Origin: Azolla caroliniana
Taxonomy: Eukaryota; Plantae; Polypodiophyta
Assembly (NCBI GenBank): GCA_043228905.1
Contig: JBHGNT010000011.1
Span: 372,001-436,000 of the forward strand
Reading direction: 5' to 3'
Length of the DNA stretch: 64,000 nt
Every line of letters begins with the position of its first letter. Positions within the stretch are counted from its first letter, which is position 1. The notes beneath the pieces are model-generated. The model did no database searches. It was not told where the DNA came from and worked only from the letters and a program-made list of their open reading frames with translations. Made by a program: the position numbers and the translations under genes. Positions 41,458 through 54,742 of this stretch are shown here, piece by piece.

Positions 41458-42961
41458 GATTCCACCCTTGGCGCTGGGTTCTCAGTGTGGGGTAACGACG
41501 TCCCATCCTTCTTTGTGTCCGAACACTCCCCGGCCTTGTTTGCGGTGCTCTTCTTCTGGCGCCGCTGGAGGTGCTCCATCGGGTCCTCCTCCACTTCCTA
41601 CTCCTGAGTCCCAAGATTGATCTTCATCCCCAAGGGGTCCGGCTCTTGTTGAACTGGTCGGCGCAATGTAATATTGATTGGCCATGCTGGTGTCTCCTCC
41701 TGCATTTCCGCCTGTTGTTTTTTATTAGCGCGCTCTTTTGTTGCCTTGTCCGTGTCGGCCGCCTTTCCTTTGGTTGCCTTGGAGGCCAATAGTTGCTGCC
41801 GTTTTGAAGCCATTTTCGGGGTGCCTTCGGTCGATCTCCCCCACTTCGTGGTCTTGATGGGCTCAACATGTGGCGCCAATAGTGTGAGCCATTGTGCCAC
41901 CGCGGTCCATATTTTCCTGCCTTCCTTGCCTGTAACGGAGTCAATGGCCGCACATAGACCATCAACAAACAACATCGGCCAGTCCACCTTCACCCCTTCA
42001 TATGTTGCAATAATTAAGCCGGCTCGGTTCTGAGGCATTGACGGGGGTCGAGGGTATACATGGCCGAATTTGTGGAGCACACATGCAATCTCTTGAAATA
42101 AGGCATCCTCGCCGCCTTGTGTCCGGTATGCCTTGCTGGCCAGAGAGTATTCACCAAAGTAATTTTTGAGCTGCTCCGGGGTAGGGTTGTCGATGGTGAA
42201 GATGCCCCCCTCCGGTAGGCCTGTCAAGGCACGAATTGCCTCCTCCGTGATCAGCTCTGTGTCGATTTCCTTGACAATCTTCTCCATCTCTCGGTGCGGT
42301 GGCACCTCCATAATCGTGAGGAACCCTTCCAATCCATGTTGCCTCAACCACTTCTTGGCTGCTTCAGGAAGTGCTTGGCAGTCCATATCTTCTTCGAGGT
42401 CAGTGAGTGCTGGTGAGGGCTGTGTGTTAGTGGGCTCTGCGTGAGTGGGCTCGCGTCTGATGATCTTCAATCATCTGTGTGCGTTTGCAATTTTCTGTTC
42501 ACAAAATGAGAAGGCCTCCATGCGATGGGGGTTTTCTTTCTACATGTTGGCGCCTTTTTCGATACCCGCGCGTGTGCATGTCGTGTACTAGAATAGCAAT
42601 GAAGTGCCATGTACTATTAATTGTCCACTACGCACCTTTCCAAATTGCAGTCGACGCGAACTCTGACCTTACCGTTCTTTTTAGGGACTACGACTATTAG
42701 ACTTAGCCACGTGGCTTTCTTTACTGGTCGGATGAAGCCAACCCTTAGCAACTTGTCAATTTCTTCTTTTACTTTTGTTGCGTAATTCGGGTTCATCCGG
42801 TAACGCCGTTGTGCTACCAGTTTGGCGTCCTTACTCAGATGTATTTGGTGTTGATACACCTGAGGATCTAGTCCCCACATGTCCTCATAGGACCAAGCGA
42901 ACATGTCGCGGAATTCTTTTAAGAGTGTGATCATTGTCGTCTTGTTTTCCGGGGTCATTTC

Positions 42962-43079
42962 TGTTATGGGCATGACCATTTAATATCCCGTGGTGAGAAT
43001 TTACCGTAGTATTATCCACATGTATAGAATACTACGGTAAATTCTCACCACGAGATATTAAATGGTCATGCCCATAACA
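42962..43079. mobile_element. 118-bp palindromic mini-insertion with TGTTA...TAACA ends
   Basis: ~52-bp near-perfect inverted arms, 5-bp TSD ATTTC. Removing it restores the host pol frame (HIAKE|MTPEN). Confidence 0.9.
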
Positions 43080-46000
43080 ATTTCCTTGGCGATGTGGACC
43101 GGTCTTGTGTCTTCTACGGTGCATAGGTTCACTTCCTCCAGCTGGAATGCTTTTATGCGTTGGGACACTGCCATCTCTCTTTCTAGTGCTTCCTGTGCTT
43201 GCCGTAATTCCCTGACCGTTTCTTTATCCGGCTCCTTGTCGGTCTCGTCCGGTTGCATTATGTACGGTGATACTGCTTCGACCACATCAATTTCGAACAT
43301 AGGTACGATTTTCAGATTTTCTTGTAAGTATTGATCGACCTCTTCGTTAGCCAGACCTACAAGCATGTTGACACATTCCACATACAATGGTGTCAACTCC
43401 TTGCCGGTACTCACGCGTGGTTGTGTGGGTACTCGTACTTTCATTTTGCTGCGCCGAAAGGTAATTATGTTCTTCCACCAATTTTTCTTGATGTGCGTTG
43501 TTTTTAATCATGGGCGGCCCAACAATAGTGGGTATGCCCCTTGTGCCTGTAGCTGGAGGACTACTACCGAAATGCGGAATGCGTGACCTCCGATAGTCAC
43601 TTCCAGATCGCGTATTAATCCAGTAGGTCTTACTGAATTGGTGTCCGCCATCCGAAGCCATAACGGGCATGGTTCCCATTCTTGGATTCCCAGAGTATTA
43701 CAAGTTCGGAGGCTTATGACGTTCACGCCGGACCCTCCATCTATAATCGTGCCAGGTAGCTCTTTGTTGTCCACTGGAATTGTAACCGAAGGACACAGTA
43801 CGCGTTATAATATAATATAAAAAATGGAAAGCGTTATTTTGGCAAATGTAATGGCACACTAGAAGTGTGACCGATGAAGCTTGGGATATATAAGGAAGGG
43901 AAACCCTCTAAAAGGGGGGTCTGTAATTTTGGAGAGTGTAAGACCTTTTGGATTGTAATAAAATACTATTTTCTCTGAAACTCTGAGTCTGTGTCTCTGT
44001 TGTGTGGTTCATTAATCGCTGTCTGTGTATATCGTAATTGTCGTAGTCCGGCGTAACCTAGCACGTAGTTTTTTAAAAGGAGTGGTTGTAGCCATCTTCG
44101 CCCTTATGCATTCACGACCTACGATTACTAGCTCCACGCAACACCATCACCTTGGTGTCTACCTCGAAGGCCTGAGTGTAGACAAGTGTTCCTAACCAGT
44201 AACATGTTTGGCACGCTTGGTGATCTACATCTTCTCGCAGAACGAACAAAGATTTTTGTATGGTTAACATAGATGGCCTAGAGAACCAACACAACCCGAC
44301 AGACCAATTACAAGGTCCATCACCCGCTTAGCGGAGGAGCGCACAAAACAGAAGCCTCGGCTCAACGCATTCAGCCAGGAGTACAAGCCCAACACACACC
44401 ATGGCGACACGCACAAGGTGCCCTTACCACATACGTTTCATGGTCTCTCTCTCACCGTAGGAACATCCATGGCTTTCTTCTACCCTCGCTTCAACGACGA
44501 AACCGACGCTGCCACTCATGTTCGCCTGTTCCTGAATGTCTAGAATGCGAACCATATGGTGCAATGCCTACCGGACGAGGAGGCTCACCAATCGAAGATG
44601 ACGGAGTTTGGGCTAACTCTGGATGGCAGAGCAGCATTCTGGCATTCACAGATGGACCTGCCAGCGATCACAACCTTTGATGAACTCCAATCAAAATTTT
44701 TACAGTTCTTTCACAAGAAAGTTCCACAACATGTGATCATTGGGCAATTCTATACGATCAAGAAAATGCCATCGGAATCTATCGCTGACTTCAGCTTACG
44801 CTTCCAAAACTTTCGGCGAAAATTAGAAAGAGCCCCAACGGAGGATGAAGCTCGCGAAACATTTCTCACCGCATTGCGGCTGCCTATACGGACCACCCTC
44901 ACTAACACTAGTGTGAAAGGGGAGACCGTGGATATGGTCATTGAACGAGCATTAAACTTGGAGCTCGATGAGGAGGAAGAAGCCTTTTCGATGTCCTCAT
45001 TACAGAGTGTAGACACGCAGCGTCTTCCACGATGGAATGACCAACGTCGACAATCAGAACGACCCAAATATACGGATCCTAATAAGCGTGAGGAACGGCA
45101 ATATCAGAATCACAGGAATTACAACGACTCCGAGGAAGAAGAAAGGAGGAGGAGGAATACCGAGGTAATCGTCGTTACAATAAGAACGACCGCCACTACG
45201 ACAACCATCGGTCAGGGAACAAGCGTGGCGGCTTTGGTGGGCCTCGGGGGAAAAACTGACAATACCGGGACCAATGACGATACGAAGAGAGCTCCGACGA
45301 TGACCATCATCCGGAACCACATAGGGACCAAACCCAGGCATGGAATAGCTGACGCTTCAAACAAGATCAAGAGGAGCAGAAGGAAAGACACACAATGCCC
45401 GTCGTAACAAAAGGAGAATCCAGCGTCCACTGTTTCATATGTGAACATCCCGGCCACTACGCCACGCAATGCCCGCTCCGTAAGGGCAAGGGCCCCGCAG
45501 TCAACTCCATTTCAACAGATGTTCAGCAGGTCACAACACGGCAGCAAGCGAAGAATGCGAACTGGGCCGCGGAGGACGAACTGTGTAGGACGGCCAAAGA
45601 ATGGGTGGAAAAGGCAAATGCGGAGGGCATGAGGCAAGAGTCCGCACAATTAGGGCCAATGGAGGATTTTGGGTCCCCGGATCCTGTATGGGAAGTGTTA
45701 GCCGGTTGAGAAGTCACATTAACAATGGAGAAACTGCTTCAGCTAGTTCCGCGATTTCTCCGTGCGATAGAGGATCGGATAACAGGACGACCCGGCATAA
45801 GTGTGGCCACCAATTTTACCAAGACTAGCAATGAACCAGCGGTGGTAGACCACAACAATCCAACAATTAAGTTGGTCCTCCAAGGGCAGGAGGTGGCCGG
45901 ATGCATAATCGACGGCGGATCGAGCGTAAATTTGATTAGCGCAAAAACATGTGAGCAGCTGGGCATATCAGACTGGGAAGTGTGTCCATTTTGGCTCCAC

Positions 46001-49000
46001 ATGGTGGATACCAGCTCAGTTCGACCCTTAGGATTAATTCGGAAACTGGGTATCATCATTGGAGGACACCGCTTCGAAATTTCAGCGGTGGTGCTTTCCC
46101 TCAACGCTCTAGAGGCGTATCCAATACTATTGGGTAGACCTTGGCTCCGGCCGGCAAACATCAAGCAAAGCTGGAAACACAATTGTATTAGTTTCTGGCG
46201 GGGACGTGCCAAGGTTCGCATCCCAATGAAGGAATTAGCGGCACAACCAAAAAACATAACACCCCTATATGCTGAGGACATAAATATGCTAGAGGGCATG
46301 GATGATGCGGAGATGGAAGCATATTTAGAGGAGCATCCACGAATCATCCCATTATTTGAAATCGACATGATAGAAACCGCAACGGATTACGCGACACATA
46401 CTACGGGCCAAGAAGAAGCATATGAGCCAAACCCAACGTCGATATTGGAATTAAGTAGGGCACGGGCAGCATTCGAAAGGGAGATGGAGATTTCCCATAG
46501 AGTCACAACCTCTGCATTAGAAGAGGTCAACATAGGCACGACATCAGAACCTCGACTTCTATCCATAGCAAAGGAATTAGTGCCGGATCAGAAGCAGGCA
46601 ATGATAGCACTACTCACGGAATACAAGGATGTGAAAGGGTTAGACCCAAAATTCTATCAACATAAGATCAACCTAGCAGCTGATGCGAAACCCGTGCAGC
46701 AATGGCGATATCGCATGAACCCAAACTATGCGGCCCGGGTAAAAGAAGAAATTGATAAAATTCTTAAAGCGGGATTCATTCGACCCATCAAACAAGCCAT
46801 ATGGCTTAGCCCAATGGTAGTCATACCCAAGAAGAATGGAAAGATCCGCGTTTGTGTCGACTACCGAAAACCAAACGCCGTGACAGCAACTGACGCATTT
46901 CCACTACCTTTCACCGATAGCATTCTAGATGTCGTCGCGGGACATGACATGTATAGTTTCCTAGATGGATTCAGTGGGTATAAACAGGTATGCATGCATC
47001 CTAACGACCAGGAGAAGACAGCGTTTGTCACTGACTCGGGAGTCTATGTCGCAATAGTTATGATGTTCGGACTGAAGACAACACCCGCGACATTTCAACG
47101 GACGATTACGGAAATTTTTGGAGAATATATCCTTGCCTTCATGCAGATCTTCCTAGATGATTTCGCAGTATATTGGACCGCCACCAAACATTTCCAGCAC
47201 CTATGGTTGTGTTTGGACCATTGCCGAGTAGCGTGCTTAAGCCTCAACCCCGCCAAATGCGCCTTTGGCGTCACCAGTGGCGTCCTTTTGGGCCATATTG
47301 TCAGCAAAGAGGGAATAGCAGTGCACCCAAATAAAATCTCAGCAATCATCTAGGCGAAGATGCCGGCGAACGCTAAGGCCCTTAGCCGGTGTTTGGGGCA
47401 AATACGCTGGCACAGTTAGATGTTACGCTACCTAGCGGACTTTGTGACACCATTACACGCCGCAGTTCACCGCACCCCTTTTAAATGGACGGCAACAGAG
47501 ACAAAGCGTATGAGGAATTGAAAGTTATGCTGACACAGGCACCGATCATCCAACCACCGGATTGGGCAAAGCCATTCCACGTATTTGTTGACGCCTCCGA
47601 CGTAGCAATTGGGAGTGCGCTGATGCAACTCACAGAGCCTAACTGGTACCGACTAGTGTACTACGCGAGCCGCAAATTATCGACCGTCGAGTGCAATTAT
47701 TCCACGATGGAGCGTGAAGTGTTAGGGATGATATACAATATCAATAAATTTCGGCATTACTTGCTGGGGCATAAATTCACATTCCACGTGGACCACGTAG
47801 TGTTGCTATATTTGGTAGAAAAACAAGCGTTAATAGGCAAATTAGGTAGATGGATGTTGTTGCTTCAAGGATTTGATTTTTCAATACAACATCGACCGGG
47901 CGCACAACATGCGCTAGTGGATTTTCTGAGTCACTTGGAAACGGTGAAACCGGGACAAAAGACGGGGATGACTTCCCAGATGCCGAACTCCTCCAAATAG
48001 CCACAAACGAGGGAGCAACATTTCCGGATCGGTGGCTCATGGAAATGACCTACTTTTTGACTACCGGACTACCACCACCGCAGTTACGCACAGACGAGAA
48101 AAAGCGTTTAGCCGTCCGAAGCCGTAACTTCTGCATGGTGGAAGGAATATTATATCACAAAGGCAGTGATGGCATTTGGCGATGTGGTATATGGCAGATG
48201 TGAAAGAAGCGGTCTTACGGGAGGCTCATTGCGGCACGGCAAGCGGACATTACGCGGGCGATGTTACGGCCCGGAAAATATGGCAAGCAGGCTTATGGTG
48301 GCCAACTACTCAGAAGGACGCGTATGACTATTGCAGAAAATGCGATTTGTGTCAATGGATGGGCCAGCCCACGGAGGGCGCAAGAATGCCTCACCCGCCC
48401 ATTTTACTATTGGATCCGTTTCAAAAATGGGGTTTGGATTTTGTAGGGCCCTTCACGCCGGTGGCAGCTCGTACCAGCAATAAATATATATTGGTGGCTA
48501 CGGATTATTGCACCAAGTGGGTGGAAGCGAAAGCGCTACATGAAAATACGGCAGTCGTCACGGAAAAATGCCTTTATGAACACATTTGGTGTCGGTTCAG
48601 GTGTCCGATAGAGCTTCTCAGCGACCAGGGGAGCCATTTTTTTAACATAGTGGTTCGGGAACTAACGTAGCATTACGTCGTTGTTCACAAGAAGAGTACA
48701 CCATATTATCCACAGGCGAACGGATTGGCAGAATCCACTAACAAGACTTTGCAGACCATTCTAAAGAAAATAGTCAATGAAAATAGAATGGTCTGGGATA
48801 CCAAATTACATACGGCGTTATGGGCGTGCAGGACCAATTACAAAACCAGCGTATAGTCAACACCGTTTCGACTAGCGTTTGGATTGGAGGCCGTTATGCC
48901 AATATAATTTCAAATACCTAGTTTATGGATTCAAGTACGACACCGACTGTCCGAAGCCAAGTCTGAGCAAGTACGACTACAATAGCTACATGAACTTGGC

Positions 49001-50044
49001 GGAAAACGCGTACACAACATGGCTGTGTTGGAGCAAGAGCAATGACGGCGTAAAGCGTTTGTGGATCGACATCGAAATGTACGGGAAAAAGATTTCGCGA
49101 TCGGCAAAGCGGTACTAGTATTCTAGACACGTATGGGACAAATGCCGAGAAAACTCAGATTCCGCTGGACAGACCCTTATTGGATAGTGGGCGTAGAAAA
49201 TGGCACGTTTTGTCTAAGTACGCTGGCGGGAGAAGTATTACGCCAGAAAGTAAATGGGTTTCACTTAAAGCCGTATTTCGGGTCTACGCCACCAAACCCG
49301 TTTCACGCCACGGTAAAGTCGGTGGAGGATTCCGCGCCTTAATGAGGGGAACCCACCAGTTACATAATGTAACATTAAATGTTGTATTTTACCGTTACTA
49401 TTGAAAAAAACAGAAAAAAAAGAAGAAGAAGAGGATAGTTATGCCATTAAAAGGTTGTGCATGCATAGACTCCTAGAACGAAACACGCGGCATCATCATT
49501 ACTCATAGGACGAGAAACCCTAGGCCCCAAAAAGAAGAAAGATGCAGATTATGGGCACATTCCAGAAAACAAACAACCGCTGGTTATTCTCCTCCCTGCT
49601 CGTCCTACTCTCCCTGCCATCGCCGTTTTGATAACCTTGCCCCTCATTTTGATCACTCTTCTCAATCTCCATCTTCCCCCTGCACCTCACTGAATCATAG
49701 AACTCGCTAGTGCGAGAATCATTAGGCATCAGTAAATCTTTACGAACCCTCGTCACTTACAATGACAATCACTATCTCTGCAGCCCTCCGTAGATGGCTT
49801 TTGGTAAAAGGATTCGAGGGATACATCAAGGTGGCTGAAGCACCGCCACATCTCGACGCTCTCGGCATAGCATAGAAGTTAAACGTGGATACCATCACAA
49901 ACTCTATGGTCCGCCAGAAACTTGGATTGTCGGGGTTGGGGGAGAAACACTTAGACATCGCTCCGGCTGAGGTACTTCAGAAATATTTTGTGAAGTACTC
50001 GACAACGGCCAAGGCTTACAGAACAAGGGAAATCCCGAACGCGT

Positions 50045-53000
50045 TGTCGTGAAGATTTTTGTCCACGAGCGGAAACCCGAGCAACGAGAGCCAAAGAGCG
50101 ATGTGCAACGTTGCACACGTACACAATGTATTTGTAATAATAATAGGGGTAAAGGGTATGGTGCTAGAAATGCCCCATAAGATCCCTAAGGTATAAAGGC
50201 GATGTGGTCTTGTGTGCACATCCACGCGAGAGAGAGAGAGAGGTACTATGCGGTACATAGGTACCTAGTTGTTTGTGAGGAGGTGGGAGTTAAGGGGCCA
50301 TCAATCTCACCCTCCCCCAAATCAAGGCAAATATTCCCTTTGAATGAAAGGGGATATTTTAGTCTCACGTTTGTAAACGGTCTTCCCTCCTTGTGCTATA
50401 AAAGGAGAGGGAAGCACCATTGTGGGGGTTGCCTATTTTGAGTGTGCAAGGTATACCACATAGGTCGAGCGTTAGGGTTAGGGTTTCTTTATCTTTATCT
50501 TCATCTTCGTCGGTTAGGGTTTCGAGTAGTCGTTTGGTGCGGTCTATGCGGCCACCATTTTGTAATCGTTCATTTCATTTTATATATCTTGTTGATCATC
50601 TTGTTCATTCTTCTTCTTCTTGAGCAAAGCTTCCTTTCCATGTCCTATTCCTTCTCCTCTACTCCTTAGTCCAAAACCCCCGTGGTCCCGCCCTTCTCCA
50701 CGCACGCGCGTAGCAACACGACATATTTGGTGAACCCAACGTGAAGAGGCGGCAAGGGAGGAAGGAGATGGAAGACGGAGACATCACGGAAGTAATTACG
50801 AGAATGGCAAGGGATTTCGCAAGAAGGAGAGAAAGACGGGAAGAGGCGTACAAGTACGATCGACGCGAGTTCGATCTATGGGTGTCGTCGGCAAAGGCTC
50901 CTCGAAGCGTAATGAAGGCATTCCGGGAGTTCGATCTCCGGTTTTCCCAACTTTCGGTCCGGGATCAAGAATCAGTGTGGGCGGACAAGGTCCCACTATT
51001 GTTGAAGTCGGTCAACGAAAGGGGGAGAATGGCCATTTTTCCCTACCTCGAAGATGATGAAGGGGCGTACGGCCTCACCGAAGATTGGAACGAGGTGGAA
51101 TGGGCGTGCATACAGTGCGATGAGAGGCGGTCGGCCACAACGCGGCCCGCGAGCGGTGGAGAAGAGAGAGCGACGACCAACTACGCACTACCGCCGGAAG
51201 AGAGCTCAATGCAAATCGGTTCGGAGGAGCTCAACATCGAAGCCTTGGTGCGGGAAGCGTACGAGATCGTAGAGGCACAAATCGAAGCTGAAGAAGGGCT
51301 TATTGCGGAGTCGAGGCTGAGCGGATCGGAGGATGAGGAGGCCGAAAGTGAATGGTACATTGGTACCACGGGAGAGGGTGCGGGACGAGCCACCCTCTCG
51401 ACATGCGGAGAAAGATCGACCGAGGACGAGGTCGGGGACGGTGAGGCGGTGATCGCCGATTCGAGTGGACATGAGGGAGTTCGGGCATGGAGGCCCGAAA
51501 CATCGAGTGGGGAGAAGACAGGCGGTGGTGCCGGGACCTTACGCACACCGGGCCTAGAGACTCCGGCAACTGGCCCGAGAGCTGGTGTGAGACCTAGAGT
51601 GATGGGCGGTGGCGGCAGCAAGGTGGGCGACCACGACGTCGACGATGTGGGAGAGGGTGCGGAAAGAGCGACCCTCTCGTCTTGCGGCGAATGGACGGCC
51701 ATGGAGGCCGGTAACTACGGATTCGGGACATAGCGGCCCGAAACATCGAGGGAGGAGGAGACAAGCGGCGGTGCCGCAACCTTACACACACTAGTCCTAG
51801 AGGCACCGGCGGTCAGCCCGATTGCCGACGTGAGACCTAGAGCGACGGGCGGCAGCGGCAGCGAGGCGGGCAACCGAGACAACGGTAAGGAGACCGTGGA
51901 AGAGGAGGCGGCAAGCATAATTGATGCTTGCATATACGGAGGCGGGGTAGCCACGGACGACGATGTCCGAATGGAGGTGGCTACGGGCATAGCATTGACG
52001 AGGGCGCCGTTGCTACCTTACACGCACTGGTTCAAGAGACCCCAGCGGCCGGCCCGAGTGCCCGCGTGAGACGTAGGGTAACGAACGGTGGCGGCGGCAA
52101 GGCGGGCGACCACGACGACGATGTGGGAGAGGGTGCAGAGCTCGAGGCTTGCGAAATCGAGGAAGAAGAGGAGACGAGCGGTGGTGCCGCGACCTTCCAC
52201 ACACCGGTCCTAGAGACTCTGGCAACCGGCCTGAGAGCCGGTGTGAGACCTAGAGAGTCGGACGGTGGCGGCGGCAAGGCGGGCAATCGAAATGACGAAG
52301 AGGAGGTTTGTAGCAGACGGAGGCGAGATCCATCGGCACTGGGGCCGGAGACTTTGGCGGTTGCACCCGAGCGTGGACATAAGACCGGAGAGATGGGCGG
52401 CGGCCGTGAGGATCAGAGGCCCGGAGTGGGCACGTGCGAAAAGACCAAAGGAGAGGTTCGGAGCGGCATCGAGGAGCGAGTCGGGAACCAACCCGACCGA
52501 AAGATGAGCCGGTCGGTAATCCGACCTGACCAGGAGGCGGAGCGGAAGAAGAGTGAAACGGGGACCGGTCAACCGGGCACGAACCAAAGGAAGCCGGCAA
52601 GACCGGGATTGTTTGACCGATTCATAGCCGGCCGGGTACGGTTACAGTGGGAGCCGGTGAGAGCGAGAAGGAGGCTAACCGGGCACGACGAGTACGGGTC
52701 GGTGAGAGGCCGAGAGCAAGAGCCCTCCACACCTATGCTTGAGACTTCGGCGGTTGCGGATCAACGGAAGACCGAAGAGATGGCGGGTGGCGGCGAGGAG
52801 TTGGAAGACAATGCGGAATCGGGTACCGGAGCGGATGCCCGGTGTGGAAAGGACGAAGAGACCAACGCAGAGGTCGGGTCTACGGCGGATGAGCGTGAAG
52901 TGAAGCATGCACTACGGCCAGCGGAGGGTCAAGGAACAAGCATGCACTCGGGGGAGTGTCAACGAGTGACCGGAAACGGTGGACCGATTGAGCCTTTGAG

Positions 53001-54742
53001 AGGCAAGGACTCGGTGCTGAACCGAGAGTGGGAGGAACCCTTCACACCTACCCGTGAGGCATCGGCGGTCGCGGATCGAAAGGAGAACGAAGAAACGGTG
53101 GGTGGCGGCGAGGAGTTGGAGACCGACGCGGAGGTCGGGTCTACGGCGGAAGCGCGACATAAGACGCATGCAATACGGCTGGTGGAGGGCCAAGACACAA
53201 GCATGCATACAGCGGATGGGCGACAACGATTGACCGACGATGACGGTCGGGTCAAGCCTTCGAGAGGCAAGCGCGGGACAAAGGACGGCGCGGCAAAACA
53301 CCAAGAACAACGACCTGGGCCGAGCGCGATCGGCATGAGCGGAGAGTCGTGTCTTGAGAACCGAAGAAGGTGCGCGGAGAGCAACGGGCTACGCGTCGGG
53401 AAGAGGAAGTGCGGCTTCCCGGAGGGCATGGAAGGCCAAGCGGGCCAAGAGGGTGCAAGTCGAGGCGAAGCGGTAACGAGAGCCTCGAGGGACACCGACA
53501 CGGAGGTCGGGATGACAGTACGCTCTACTGCGAGAGAGCATGGAGAACAACGGGGAAAGCCTACGGAAGGCAAGCGCAGAACGGAGAGAATCGGCACGCC
53601 GAGGTGTGCAGCACGCAAAGGGCGGAATCCGGCATGCGACCGGGAGCGCATCCGGAGGATATACGAGGCGGACAAAGGAAGAGCAACCGGGTCGGCGACG
53701 GCATTCGGGAGGACCGAGCAGGGAGGAAAGCACGGGCATCGGATGCGGCGGGTCGGATGTAGTCGGTGGTTCAAGGACCCACGGTGGACGTGGCGGATCG
53801 GGTGGAGGCAACAACTCGGCGAACATCGTCGAGTGTGGCGGATCGGATGGCGCCGATGGTTTGAGGCCATTCGGCGAGGATGGTGGACCAGAAGGCGGCG
53901 GTGGTTCGTGTGGACGGGATGGTCTTGCTCGAAGTGGAGGACAAAACCGGGCGGGCCCACGAGGAAGCTAAGGACTCGGCCGGTCGTCGTGGCCGAAAAT
54001 CTCGTTTTCTCTCCCCTATGTTTTGGCACATACCGGTGGATGTGCGGTTAGGTGGGGGCGGATGTCGTGAAGATTTTCGTCCACGAGCGGAAACCCGAGC
54101 AACGAGAGCCAAAGAGTGATGTGCAACGTTGCACATGTACATAATGTATTTGTAATAATAATAGGGGTAAAGGGTATGGTGCTAGAAATGCCCCATAAGA
54201 TGCCTAAGGTATAAAGGCGATGTGGTCTTGTGCGTACATCCACGCGCGAGAGAGAGAGAGGTACTATGCGGTACATAGGTACCTAGTTGTTTGTGAGGAG
54301 GTGGGAGTTAAGGGGCCATCAATCTCACCCTCCCCCAAATCAAGGCAAATATCCCCTTTGAATGAAAGGGGATATTTTAGTCTCACGTTTGTAAACGGTC
54401 TTCCCTCCTTGTGCTATAAAAGGAGAGGGAAGGCACCATTGTGGGGGTTGCCTATTTTGAGTGTGCAAGGTATACCACATAGGTCGAGCGTTAGGGTTAG
54501 GGTTTCTTTATCTTTATCTTCATCTTCGTCGGTTAGGGTTTCGAGTAGTCGTTTGGTGCGGCCTATGCGGCCACCATTTTGTAATCGTTCATTTCGTTTT
54601 ATATATCTTGTTGATCATCTTGTTTATTCTTCTTATTCTTGAGCAAAGCTTCCTTTCCATGTCCTATTCCTTCTCCTCTACTCCTTAGTCCAAAACCCCC
54701 GTGGTCCCGCCCTTCTCCACGCACGCGCGTAGCAACGCGACA
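50045..54742 (+). mobile_element. Young non-autonomous gypsy-type LTR element with tRNA-Trp PBS (LTRs 50045-50723 and 54063-54742)
   Basis: Near-identical LTRs, PBS TGGTGAACCCAACGTGAA at 50728, G-rich tract before 54063, gag-like ORF 50741-51733 plus GC-rich repetitive ORFs, no pol, 4-bp TSD GCGT/ACAT. Confidence 0.92.

Noticed and set aside
52959-54029. 356-aa antisense ORF
   Set aside because: Shadow ORF of GC-rich repetitive element sequence.
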